Made by a program: the position numbers and the translations under genes. A DNA stretch of 64,000 nucleotides from a virus. Positions 45,426 through 54,451 of the stretch are shown one piece after another (the stretch's first letter is position 1; every line of letters begins with the position of its first letter). The notes under the pieces were generated by a model. That model had not been told where the DNA came from and did not search any database. It worked only from the letters and a program-made list of their open reading frames with translations. The DNA lies in the IMG/VR virus record IMGVR_UViG_3300023202_000135, positions 1 to 64,000 of that record. One strand, 5' to 3'.

Positions 45426-48128
45426 TCAGACCGACGCTTCCGTGAACTCGGCGCCCGACTGGAACACCGCGAAGTCGATCTCGACGATCTCGGCCGCCTC
45501 GATCGGGATGAGCTGGATCCGGCCGCGCATCGTCTTCTGCCGACGCACTTCCGGCGGGTTGGTCGTCTCGTCGCACCGGACCGAGAACCGCTCCAGGCCG
45601 CGATCGGCCTGGATGGTTGCCAGGATCGGGTTGACGAGCTGCACGAACCGGTTCCAGGTCACCGGGTCGTTGGGCTCGAACACCAGGAAGCGCACCGCGG
45701 TCGCGATCAGCTTCTCAGCGTGGAGCAGGAGGCGGCGGATGTGGAGCGAGTTGAGCGCCGAGTCGCGCCGCAGGGCCGTGCGGTTGCCGAAGAAGGTGAT
45801 CCCGGTCGGGAACTGCACGAAGGGGTTGACCCGGTTGGTGTCGCCCACCAGCAGGTCGCGGTCGGTGAGGGTGGGGCTGTACTCCAGCTTGAGGCCTTCG
45901 ACCACACCGCGGGCGTGACCGGCGATCGGGAACTGCGGCCCGGCCACCGCGTCGGTGTAGGCCATGAGCGCCGTCAGCTTGCCGGACGGCGGAGTCCACA
46001 CCTTGCGCTTGTTGTAGTCATCCTGGATCTGCGTCCACGGCCACGCGATGACGGCGTAGGACGTGTCGATCGCGTTGACCGGGCTGTTGGGTAGGGCCGA
46101 AACCCCGTTGTGCCAGTCGACCACCTCGTCCCGGCTGAGGCCGAACGGCACGTCGATGACGGCGAGCGCGTCGGCCCGGCTCTCGGCCACGTCGATCATC
46201 TCGTTGATGACCTGATAGTGCGTGGCTCCCGGGATGGTGATGACGTTGGTCTCGATCAGCTCGGCGTTGCGCAGGGCTTGCAGGCCGGTGGCCTTCTGCC
46301 CAGTGACGCTGCCGATGTAGTCGGCCGAGGTCACGATCGAGTTGCCGCTGCCGTCGACGAGACCATCGCGGCCCGCGGTGCCGGGGGCGACGCCGAGTTG
46401 GTAGGTGCCGACCGAAGGCGACCCGTTGTCCTCCAGGACGTCGGCGCGCACGTAATCGGACGGCACGGCCTCGTTGCCCAGGCCCTCCTCCAGCACCAGC
46501 TCGATGTTGCGGTCGCTGTTCGGGTCGAGGTTGAGGCCGCGGTAGCGCTCGACGGTCACCAGCGTCCCGGTCTGGTCGGCCGGGGCGCGAACGACGAAGT
46601 CGAAGCTGCCGGCCGGGGAGCCCAGCAGGGTCGACTGCTTGACCTCGACCTCCAAGTCGTTGCCCCAGGTGCCGGGGCTGATCGCGGTGATACCGACCAC
46701 GGACGCGGTCACGCCGGGGAGCCCTTCGGCACCGCCGGAGAGGCCGGTCACCGTGATGTTGGCGCCCGTAGTGGTGATGTCCTGATTGCCCTGCTCGCCC
46801 GGATCCTCGGCGGTGAGGTCGGCGGCCGGGACGGTCACGGTGGCGTCGACGGCCGTGACGGCGGTCTGTTGGTTGATGGCCACGATGAGGTTGGCCATGG
46901 TCGTCGCGGCGTCGGGGCCGATCAGGACCGGGACGTTGCCCGAGACCCAGGCGTTGTCGTCGTCGAACTCGAAGGTGACGCCCGCGCCGTCCGCGCCGCC
47001 GGTGAGCTGCGTGAGGACGAGGTCAGCGTCAGCGTCGATGGTCGACAGGTTGGCGTTGTCGCCGTCCGCGCCCTCGACGTCGTGGACCAGCTTGACGGTC
47101 GGGGTGCCGCCCTGGTTGGCGGTGTCGTCGCTGGCGGTGATCTGGAGCAGGCCGACTCCGTTGATGGCCTGCACGAGATTGAAGAGGGTGTCCGCGATGG
47201 TCGCGCCGATCCCGCCCGCGACGGATCCGGGGGTAGTGGACGAGTCGTTGTCGAACTCGAAGGTGACGGCGTGCTCATCGGCGCCCGAGAGCGTGGACGG
47301 GGCAGTCGGCGGCGTGGCACCGGCGACCGCGATGGTCGCGCTGTTGCCCTTGTTGGTGACGATGTCGTGCGTGAGCAGGACGTCGTAAGGGCCGGCGCCG
47401 GTCGGGGCGCCTGCGGTGATGTTGAGGGCCGAGCCGTTGACGGCTGCCTGGAACTCGGAGGCGCCGTTGTCGACGGTCGCGCTCTTGTCCACTTCGATGT
47501 CACCGGTGGTGAGGCCGCCGCCATCGGTGAACTCGAAGATCACCTCGTTGTCGAAGGCGTCGTTGAGCGTGACGGTGTCGTTGGTGGTCGGGGTCGACGC
47601 GAAGCTGGCCGTGGCGCTGGCCGCGACGCCGTTGCCGTCGTCGATCGTGAGGTAGTCGGCGTCATCGGCATTGTCGGAGAAGACGATGTCGCCTTCGGAG
47701 GCCACGGCGCCGCTGCCGTCATTGACGCTGACCAGCTCGCCATCGGTCGGGTTGAGCGAGCTGTCGAAGGAGACCGTGCCGGTGGCAGCGACGGGGTCGG
47801 TACCACCCGAGAGGCCGGGCAGGGGCCGGTCGGCCTCGATCGCCCCGTAGGTGGGGTTGTCGGTGTTGGCGATGCGGAGGAAGATCGCGTTGTTGCCCTT
47901 CTTGAGGTACTGGACGAGGGCTTGCAGCCCGTGGTCGTCCAGACGAGGGCGTCCGAGCTTGCGGACCATGTCCGCCTCGCTCGTGATCTCGATGGGTTCG
48001 CTGAGGGCGCCCTTGCTGGCGCCGCCGATGAAGGTCGGCCGGGTCAGGCCCAGGTTGAGCGCGTACTCGGTGAAGTCGAACTCGTTCGTGAAGATGCCGG
48101 GGCTGAGGCGGGCGGTTGGGATGGGCAT
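45426..48128 (-). CDS. tail sheath protein (gp18-like)
   Basis: LSPGIFTNEFD, PGTWGN, WTPPSG, FEPND..TW, CDETTN; AGGAG SD. Confidence 0.92.
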   Translation of the reverse strand: MPIPTARLSPGIFTNEFDFTEYALNLGLTRPTFIGGASKGALSEPIEITSEADMVRKLGRPRLDDHGLQALVQYLKKGNNAIFLRIANTDNPTYGAIEADRPLPGLSGGTDPVAATGTVSFDSSLNPTDGELVSVNDGSGAVASEGDIVFSDNADDADYLTIDDGNGVAASATASFASTPTTNDTVTLNDAFDNEVIFEFTDGGGLTTGDIEVDKSATVDNGASEFQAAVNGSALNITAGAPTGAGPYDVLLTHDIVTNKGNSATIAVAGATPPTAPSTLSGADEHAVTFEFDNDSSTTPGSVAGGIGATIADTLFNLVQAINGVGLLQITASDDTANQGGTPTVKLVHDVEGADGDNANLSTIDADADLVLTQLTGGADGAGVTFEFDDDNAWVSGNVPVLIGPDAATTMANLIVAINQQTAVTAVDATVTVPAADLTAEDPGEQGNQDITTTGANITVTGLSGGAEGLPGVTASVVGITAISPGTWGNDLEVEVKQSTLLGSPAGSFDFVVRAPADQTGTLVTVERYRGLNLDPNSDRNIELVLEEGLGNEAVPSDYVRADVLEDNGSPSVGTYQLGVAPGTAGRDGLVDGSGNSIVTSADYIGSVTGQKATGLQALRNAELIETNVITIPGATHYQVINEMIDVAESRADALAVIDVPFGLSRDEVVDWHNGVSALPNSPVNAIDTSYAVIAWPWTQIQDDYNKRKVWTPPSGKLTALMAYTDAVAGPQFPIAGHARGVVEGLKLEYSPTLTDRDLLVGDTNRVNPFVQFPTGITFFGNRTALRRDSALNSLHIRRLLLHAEKLIATAVRFLVFEPNDPVTWNRFVQLVNPILATIQADRGLERFSVRCDETTNPPEVRRQKTMRGRIQLIPIEAAEIVEIDFAVFQSGAEFTEASV

Positions 48129-48144
48129 CGGTAGCTCCTGTAGG

Positions 48145-48324
48145 TCAGGCTGGGATGATTCGTAGGTGTCCCTGTCGCGCAAGCGACCACGTCAAATCTC
48201 CGATCAAGTTCCGGCCGTGAACAACGCTTTCGGCGGCGGGGATGGTGTAGTTGAAGGGGAACCCGTTGGCGTCCTTCAACACGATCGCGATGCTCTGTCC
48301 GAGCAGGTTCCTGATCTCCACCAT
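48145..48324 (-). CDS. small hypothetical protein (59 aa, not in the ORF track)
   Basis: MVEIRNLLGQSIAIVLKD...; TGATG overlap with the upstream stop; fills the gap. Confidence 0.6.
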   Translation of the reverse strand: MVEIRNLLGQSIAIVLKDANGFPFNYTIPAAESVVHGRNLIGDLTWSLARQGHLRIIPA

Positions 48325-49922
48325 CAGACCGTGTGTCCGTTGTAAGGTCCGGTGTACTTGGCGGCGTAAACCGCGGAGAGGAGGAGGGCGTCAGGCACCA
48401 CGAGCGCCAGAGAGTCCTCCTTGGGCCGCGCGAGCAGCGCGAATCCTACATTCACTGCCGAGTCGATTTGCTCCTGCTTCGTGTAGGTCGGAGCAGAAAC
48501 GTCGTCCTCAACTGTGACCATCGCATCCCCGACGATGCCGGGTTGGAGCAGACCAACGACGAGATACGGGTGCGGAGCAAGTCCATGCCACTCGTACCGA
48601 ACGCTGGAACCGAGGTCAACTGTAGTAGTCTGACCTATCTTGTCCAGCGAGAGCACCTGTCTCACATCGGGCCCCATGACGGTCAGGAGCCGCGGTGCGC
48701 CCCCCGGCGTTCCGGCGAATCCGGGCTGGTACATCTGGTCCGCAACGACGGTGAAAATGTGGACGTTCTTGGGCGGCCCGGAGCCCGTGGGAGGCAAAAG
48801 AAGCTCGTAGGTCGACGTTATGTCACCGGCCTCGTTGCGTTGAAGGCCCTCGAAAGACAGTGGATCGGGGTCCGGGGCGAGGTACCGGAACGCAGTGGAG
48901 AAGATCCCCACGCCCAGGTTGTCCTCGGTCACCGGAGCATCAGCAATCGTGACGCTGTCGTCGTCGTCCCCAAGGACCAAATCCAAGCCGGCGGCGGGCT
49001 TGGGCTTGTGATACGCCAACTCGTTCCAGGCGACCTCCGCATCTCCGGTCTTGGGCCACTTGCCCGCGAACTCGGCCGGCTCCCAGGGAATGTGGTAGAG
49101 GTTCGGCGTCGTGTGGGCCTTGTCCTCGCTGAACCGCGACGCGGGTGACGTAGTGTCACTGACCCCGAATATGGGAGCCTCGATCGAAGTGACCGGGTGC
49201 GCCGACACGGTCGGGTTGCGCATGATCCACGTGCGCAGCTCGACGGTCATGATCGTCCGGATATACCGCTGGTCGGGGCCCTCCAAGTCGGACTGCTCCG
49301 CGAAGCTGAGCCACCTGAGCTGTTGCTTCCACTCCCCAAAAGGGTCGCGGTGGTCGACGGACAGGAGCATCTCCTGGTCCTGCATGCCGAGCGTGCCGAG
49401 CTGACCGAGCACCCACTCGCGGAAATAGTTGTCGGTGTATCGCTTGAGGCACCAGAAGGTGATGTCGTAAGTTGTGCGGTACGGCGCGGGCCAGGGGTGA
49501 ATCTCCCACTGTTCGGTCTCGACGTTGTAGTGGACCTTGCGCAAACGCTTCGGCACCCCACGCACGCCTTGATCCGGCACGGGCTCGCGCCGCTCGATGA
49601 TGGCGATCGGAAGCGGGAGCACTTCCAGGTCGAAGCGGCTCGCGACCGCCGACTTCATCTTGGCCGCGACCTCATCGACGGTCCCCGACGTGTCAGTCGG
49701 CTTGATCCAGTCCATCGCGACGAGCAGGTCCACGACAGCGGCGAAGCCTTGCTGCGGCCCGCCCAGGCCCAGGCCGACGAGGAGCGGCTGTTCCCCCGGA
49801 GGCGGCTGCAACGGGCTCTCGTTCGGCCACGTGCCGTAATCGACCAGCAACGATCGCAACCACCGCCACATGGCGACGTCGTGTGTCCTGATCGAATCCT
49901 CGTAGGTGTACGGCTGACTCAT
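48324..49922 (-). CDS. tail terminator/sheath stabiliser (gp15-like) with C-terminal extension
   Basis: LPLPIAII.R and P.PY...YDITFW; position before the sheath. Confidence 0.6.
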   Translation of the reverse strand: MSQPYTYEDSIRTHDVAMWRWLRSLLVDYGTWPNESPLQPPPGEQPLLVGLGLGGPQQGFAAVVDLLVAMDWIKPTDTSGTVDEVAAKMKSAVASRFDLEVLPLPIAIIERREPVPDQGVRGVPKRLRKVHYNVETEQWEIHPWPAPYRTTYDITFWCLKRYTDNYFREWVLGQLGTLGMQDQEMLLSVDHRDPFGEWKQQLRWLSFAEQSDLEGPDQRYIRTIMTVELRTWIMRNPTVSAHPVTSIEAPIFGVSDTTSPASRFSEDKAHTTPNLYHIPWEPAEFAGKWPKTGDAEVAWNELAYHKPKPAAGLDLVLGDDDDSVTIADAPVTEDNLGVGIFSTAFRYLAPDPDPLSFEGLQRNEAGDITSTYELLLPPTGSGPPKNVHIFTVVADQMYQPGFAGTPGGAPRLLTVMGPDVRQVLSLDKIGQTTTVDLGSSVRYEWHGLAPHPYLVVGLLQPGIVGDAMVTVEDDVSAPTYTKQEQIDSAVNVGFALLARPKEDSLALVVPDALLLSAVYAAKYTGPYNGHTV

Positions 49923-50365
49923 GCTGCGGACTGCTTACGCTTCTTCTTCTTGGAGTTGATGACCTTGTGCACGGCGTTGACGTCGTAGTCGACCGTCGCT
50001 AGGCACTCCATGAACTTCGTGACTTCGAGGTACGGTTCGACCAAGCCGTAGGGAACGGCGGTGTACTCCGCGCTGAGGTCTATGCTGCGGTCGTCGACGA
50101 ATATCCGGGCGGGGACGTGGCCGTCGAGGTTGTCGGCGTCGCTTATGTGCGCGAGCAAGTTCTTGCCGCCGAGCAGAACGATGAGGCAGTGCTGCGCGTT
50201 GTTGCGGTGCTTCATCGGGATGCGGCGCGGGTTGAAGCCTTCCAGCAACACGTGCTTGGTCGACACGACACCGAACCCGAGCTTCAACTCCACCTCGACT
50301 CGTCCGACCGTGTGGACGCGAACCGTTCGGGCATTGAACACGCGCGAGGGCAGCTTAGTGGGCAT
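49919..50365 (-). CDS. SNase-fold-like protein, catalytically degenerate
   Basis: ARTVRVHTVGRVEVELKLGFGV resembles phage SNase VVRVVDGDTVDVDIDLGF but lacks DGDT. Confidence 0.45.
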   Translation of the reverse strand: MPTKLPSRVFNARTVRVHTVGRVEVELKLGFGVVSTKHVLLEGFNPRRIPMKHRNNAQHCLIVLLGGKNLLAHISDADNLDGHVPARIFVDDRSIDLSAEYTAVPYGLVEPYLEVTKFMECLATVDYDVNAVHKVINSKKKKRKQSAA

Positions 50366-50973
50366 CACGCACCCCTCCGCCGATGCTCGCAGTTGAACAC
50401 GCGGTAGAGAGGCACGTTGGTGTTCTTCCAGTACCCGACGTTGTTGGCAGCGACGACGATGTAAATCTCGCCTTGGTAGGTGAACTTGTCGCCCTCCAGA
50501 CCTTCGATGCCGGCCGCGTCGAGGAGCGCGCGCGGCGTAGTTATCACGACGTCGCGAAGTTTGTCGAACCCCCACCGCTGGAGGTCGCGCTGCTTGGCCT
50601 CTCGGAAGAACCGGAAGTGGATCCGGCACGGGTCAGCGAACTGCTCCTCCTCGCTGGCGTCGTGTGCGTCGTTCTGGTGTGGCTGTTGCCATCCGGTCGT
50701 CTTCATCGACTGCCCGACCGATTCGCCGTAGAGTAGGTCGTACCCCGTATTGCCGTCCGCGCCGGTGATGAGGTTCTGTCCGTCGATCGTTTGCTCAGTG
50801 TCGACCTCAGTGTCCTGAACCGGCGTGGTGCATTTGAGGAGCGGGTAGTAGTTGATGCACGGATAGAACCGACGCCACTTCTCCACGATCATGCGGATCT
50901 GGAACTGGAGGTCTTTGTCGAGCGCCTTGGGGAACGCGGTGTCCTGGACAATGGGCGGGGGATTGGTAGTCAT
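50365..50973 (-). CDS. neck/head-closure protein (gp14-like)
   Basis: DLLYGES and L.RWGFD; position in the neck module. Confidence 0.55.
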   Translation of the reverse strand: MTTNPPPIVQDTAFPKALDKDLQFQIRMIVEKWRRFYPCINYYPLLKCTTPVQDTEVDTEQTIDGQNLITGADGNTGYDLLYGESVGQSMKTTGWQQPHQNDAHDASEEEQFADPCRIHFRFFREAKQRDLQRWGFDKLRDVVITTPRALLDAAGIEGLEGDKFTYQGEIYIVVAANNVGYWKNTNVPLYRVFNCEHRRRGA

Positions 50974-51500
50974 TGCGCTGCGATCCTCCGCCGGATGTTG
51001 TGGACGATCTGGCGCACGATCTCGGGTCGGAGCGTCCGGGCGCGCTCGCGCATCTGATCGAGGTGGTTACGCCAGTGCGGGCGCGCGGGCACGTTGGCCT
51101 TGGCCGATCCGAACTCATGGACCCGGGCCAGCTCGTCGAGCAGGAGCGGGACGATCTCGCCCTTGAGGTTGCGGGCGCGCTTCGCGTGGTGGAACCCGAT
51201 GCGGAATATCGCACCGTCCTTCACGAGGCGCCGAAACACGCGGATCGAATCCTTGTAGGTGCCGGTCGCAATCATCACGCGCAGGTCGCGCTCGGCCATC
51301 TCCTTGCGCCGCTTCCACGCGGGCGTGAGGGGGGTGGAGTCGAAGCTCGGGAAGTCCTGCGCTTCGATGCGTCCGACGAACCCATCCTTCTCGGCCTCCG
51401 CAAACTGCGCGACCTCGGCCAACGCCGTAGTGGTCGCCTCTGCCTTGATGGCGGCGGCGATCGGACTGAATGACGGAACCTTCGAGCGCTTGTACGGCAT
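50970..51500 (-). CDS. virion morphogenesis/tail completion protein
   Basis: ARVHEFGS...VPARPHWR. Confidence 0.65.
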   Translation of the reverse strand: MPYKRSKVPSFSPIAAAIKAEATTTALAEVAQFAEAEKDGFVGRIEAQDFPSFDSTPLTPAWKRRKEMAERDLRVMIATGTYKDSIRVFRRLVKDGAIFRIGFHHAKRARNLKGEIVPLLLDELARVHEFGSAKANVPARPHWRNHLDQMRERARTLRPEIVRQIVHNIRRRIAAQ

Positions 51501-51502
51501 GG

Positions 51503-52273
51503 CTACTCAATGACGGGGACCAGTGGCCGGCGTCGACGCCGGATCTCTTCTTTGAGTTCGCGTTCCTCCTCCTTGCCTTCCTGGAGCATCTCGCGTCCGT
51601 CAACTTCCTGGACGCCCCCTTGGTCGTCCGCGATGCCGCCGAACTTCGCACGCGCGCGCCCGAGGCTCTGCTTCACGCGGGCCGTGACCATGTTGATGAT
51701 CCAGTCCACGTCGCTCTCGGGGATGAGCTGCATACCCGTCTTCGGGTGGCTGTCAGAGGTGAAATGGAACGCGTACTCGAACATCACGTCGTACGGAATG
51801 GTCGCGGCGATGTCGACGTAGAGGTAGTAGTCCGATCCCTCCCACTGCGCGCGCCAGTCAGGCTCGGAGCTGAGCACGCGCCGAACGTCCTCCCGAAAGT
51901 ATAGCTGCTGCGCGTACTCACCGAAGGTCAAGCCCTCAGCACCCACGACGGTAGTTGACAGGATGGTCGATGGATCGAACGGGTCGATGGCGGGCGGGTT
52001 GGTGGGCTTGTTGACGAAGTGGACGTGGGTCACGCCTTGGAACCCGGGCAGCGCCGAGGGGCCCGAGTTGAGCGGCCCGTACCGTTTCTGGCTCGCGGTC
52101 GCGGAGAGTTTCGCGACGCCGCGCCCGGGCCGGTTCCGGTTGTGCAGGCGCAGGGTATGCCGAAGAGCAACCTTGATGTCCTTATCGACTGCCTCGACCT
52201 CGACATTGGACGCGCCCAAAGTGGTGCGCACTTCCTCGTTGAGGTTCTCCAGGGTCAGTTCTTGGTTCGGCAT
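51503..52273 (-). CDS. neck protein (gp13-like)
   Basis: TLGASNVEVE...LGRARAKF...DG..MLQEG..E...L.EE. Confidence 0.7.
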   Translation of the reverse strand: MPNQELTLENLNEEVRTTLGASNVEVEAVDKDIKVALRHTLRLHNRNRPGRGVAKLSATASQKRYGPLNSGPSALPGFQGVTHVHFVNKPTNPPAIDPFDPSTILSTTVVGAEGLTFGEYAQQLYFREDVRRVLSSEPDWRAQWEGSDYYLYVDIAATIPYDVMFEYAFHFTSDSHPKTGMQLIPESDVDWIINMVTARVKQSLGRARAKFGGIADDQGGVQEVDGREMLQEGKEEERELKEEIRRRRRPLVPVIE

Positions 52274-52287
52274 ACCCTGCTCCTACC

Positions 52288-53013
52288 TCAGCGGTTCTTC
52301 CGGCGCGTGGTGCGCTTCGCCGCCTTCTTCCGCGTAGTGGTCTTCTTCGCTGCGGTCTTCTTCGATGCGGTCTTCTTCTCGGCGGGCGTGCGCTTGGCGG
52401 GCAGTTTCACCCGGTCCTTGAGGGAGGTGGCGGTCTCTTCCTCCTCTTCGCCTTCTCCTTCTTCCTCCTCGCCCTCGTGGTCGGATGCGTCAGCGGGATC
52501 GCCCTCGTCCTCGGCGTCTCCAGCTTCGTCATCGTCGGTGCCAAGGGCAGCGTCGGCTTCGGACTCGTCTCCGTCGCCCGACCCGTCAGCGTTGAAAGGA
52601 TCGGTCGCAGTAGCAGCGCGGGTCTGGTTCGCCACAGGACGGCGCTTACCGCCGCCATCGCCAGCGCCGCCGACAGGATCGCCGCCGCCGGCCTCGGAAC
52701 CCCGGCTGCCACCAGCGCCGCTGTCCGTGCTCTCCTCCTGGGCAGGTGAGAGAGCAGCAGCTTGCGCCATTGGTTCCGGGGGAGCGCGAAACAAGGGCCC
52801 GCAGTCCTCGTTGTGGTAGCGCTCGTAGAACGCGCCCTCAACGACGTAGGTCGCGTCGCCGCGCTTGGGGGATTCGCTGTAGGGGCGGACGTCGATCCGT
52901 CGCCCCTCGGGGTTCTGGATCGTGACAGTGAGCCGGCCGCGGTTGATGAAGCGCGGTTGCGGTTGCGGCGCTTCTGCGGCTTCGGCCTCTGGTTGCGTGG
53001 TGGTCTCGGTCAT
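52288..53013 (-). CDS. low-complexity protein with acidic middle and Lys/Thr/Arg-rich tail
   Basis: Poly-E stretch followed by KKTASKKTAAKKTTTRKK. Confidence 0.65.
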   Translation of the reverse strand: MTETTTQPEAEAAEAPQPQPRFINRGRLTVTIQNPEGRRIDVRPYSESPKRGDATYVVEGAFYERYHNEDCGPLFRAPPEPMAQAAALSPAQEESTDSGAGGSRGSEAGGGDPVGGAGDGGGKRRPVANQTRAATATDPFNADGSGDGDESEADAALGTDDDEAGDAEDEGDPADASDHEGEEEEGEGEEEEETATSLKDRVKLPAKRTPAEKKTASKKTAAKKTTTRKKAAKRTTRRKNR

Positions 53014-53118
53014 GGCTTCTCCCTTGTGAATCGGCGCTGCCGATGGTTCAGGCCTTATGGTCGCGGGGAAGCGGCGACCTGCAAGCAGTAGTAGTGGGGT
53101 GACGCTTTGTCACTCCAT

Positions 53119-53145
53119 GAAGAAGCCCGGCGACGGGGCCGGGCT
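53119..53145 (-). terminator. putative terminator hairpin
   Basis: AGCCCGGC-CCCGTC-GCCGGGCT-TCTT. Confidence 0.55.
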
Positions 53146-53174
53146 CTAAGTCAAGTCTCGATTTGAGGGGCGGC

Positions 53175-53648
53175 CTATGCGGGGGGCCACGCGCTCCGCG
53201 CACCGGGCCACGCGATCATCACGTCGAAGGCATTGCCGAGCGGGGCATCGGGGTGCTTCTGTTCGCTCCATAGCTCCTGGTACGCGTCTTCGGTCGGGAC
53301 GCCGTGCGGGAAGTAATCCGTGGCGTAATCGAGCAACGTCGCCGGGCGTCCGAGCCGCGCCGTCATCACGTGGAGAGTGTAGCACCACATGACAACCTTG
53401 GCCGGGTTGTTGCACAAGCTGGCGCAGAACGTCAGCAGGCTGCGGTCGTAGGCGACGTTGGTGGCCTCGAACCGTTTGACGGCGATGCCTATAGCGAACT
53501 CACCTCGCACCTCGCGCCACAAGTCGTCAGACATGGTCGGGTGCACGAGCGGATTGAGGCCGACGAACAGCTCGGCCTCCTCCGCGGTCATTTCACGCAC
53601 CGGGCAGCCGATCAGACCGGCGCCCAGGGGTAGTTCTTCGTCGCTCAT
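53175..53648 (-). CDS. hypothetical protein
   Basis: MSDEELP; ATGA overlap. Confidence 0.6.
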   Translation of the reverse strand: MSDEELPLGAGLIGCPVREMTAEEAELFVGLNPLVHPTMSDDLWREVRGEFAIGIAVKRFEATNVAYDRSLLTFCASLCNNPAKVVMWCYTLHVMTARLGRPATLLDYATDYFPHGVPTEDAYQELWSEQKHPDAPLGNAFDVMIAWPGARSAWPPA

Positions 53649-54133
53649 GTGTCGAGCTTCCTCTGCTTCGATCCGGTCACTTTGGCGTCGTCCGCGTCGA
53701 CCTTGAGGCCTTCGCGCCAGCCGACCGGGATGGTTGCTTCTGCGTCCTTGAGTACCCACAGGTGGAACTGGTTCGCGGTATCGACAACCCGGCTCTCCGC
53801 GGGGTACAGCTCGAACGCCTCGTGCTCGGGACCTACGATCTCGTTCTTGATGCGCTGGAGGTCGCGCCAGTCATGGATCGGTTCCTTGTCGAGGCGCTTG
53901 ACCGACAGGTGGACGAAGTCGCCGCGGTCTCGGTCGACGTTCACTTGGTATCGGCTGTTCTTGTAAACCTCGGACCGGTTCAGCGCAATAGCTTCGGACT
54001 GCCACTCCTCGTCAAGGGCCTCGGGACGCAAGTGCCCCATGCGGCGCTTCAACTCCGCACCGGTGGTGCGTACGTACGCGCGCTCGAACGGAGTCCAAGG
54101 CGGCGGGCGCGCAGCCCCCTTGCGCTTGCTCAT
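53645..54133 (-). CDS. conserved hypothetical phage protein (DUF7694-like)
   Basis: HLSVKR...WRDLQRIKNEIVG.E.EA.ELYP...VVD...HLW. Confidence 0.65.
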   Translation of the reverse strand: MSKRKGAARPPPWTPFERAYVRTTGAELKRRMGHLRPEALDEEWQSEAIALNRSEVYKNSRYQVNVDRDRGDFVHLSVKRLDKEPIHDWRDLQRIKNEIVGPEHEAFELYPAESRVVDTANQFHLWVLKDAEATIPVGWREGLKVDADDAKVTGSKQRKLDT

Positions 54134-54450
54134 CGAACCGCGCGCCTGTGGTCTTCGAGGACGCGCAAGCACTCCGGGCACGAGGCCTTCATGACGCACG
54201 TCGGGCTGTCGGTCCGGACCAACGCGGACGGAAGGCCACACAGGGTCATCGCGCCCTGCTCCTCGCGGTCGGTGATGCACACGTCGCCGCAAAGCTGCTC
54301 GACGACGTCGCGCCGTCGCGCGTTGAACTCCGCTGCGATGTCGTCGCGCTCCTCCGCGGGGTAGCTGCCGGCGAAGGCATGGACGTCGGTGGCGTTGATG
54401 AGGCGGTCGACCAGCTCGATGGCCTCGCGATTGGATCGGCGTCGGGACAT
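54130..54450 (-). CDS. hypothetical protein with C-terminal Cys motifs
   Basis: GGAGG SD; TLCG...SCPECL. Confidence 0.55.
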   Translation of the reverse strand: MSRRRSNREAIELVDRLINATDVHAFAGSYPAEERDDIAAEFNARRRDVVEQLCGDVCITDREEQGAMTLCGLPSALVRTDSPTCVMKASCPECLRVLEDHRRAVR

Positions 54451-54451
54451 G

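Noticed and set aside
46110-48134. Long plus-strand ORFs (also 7176-8576, 37047-38468, 60199-61731 and others)
   Set aside because: Antisense shadows of GC3-rich minus-strand genes, with no recognisable motifs.
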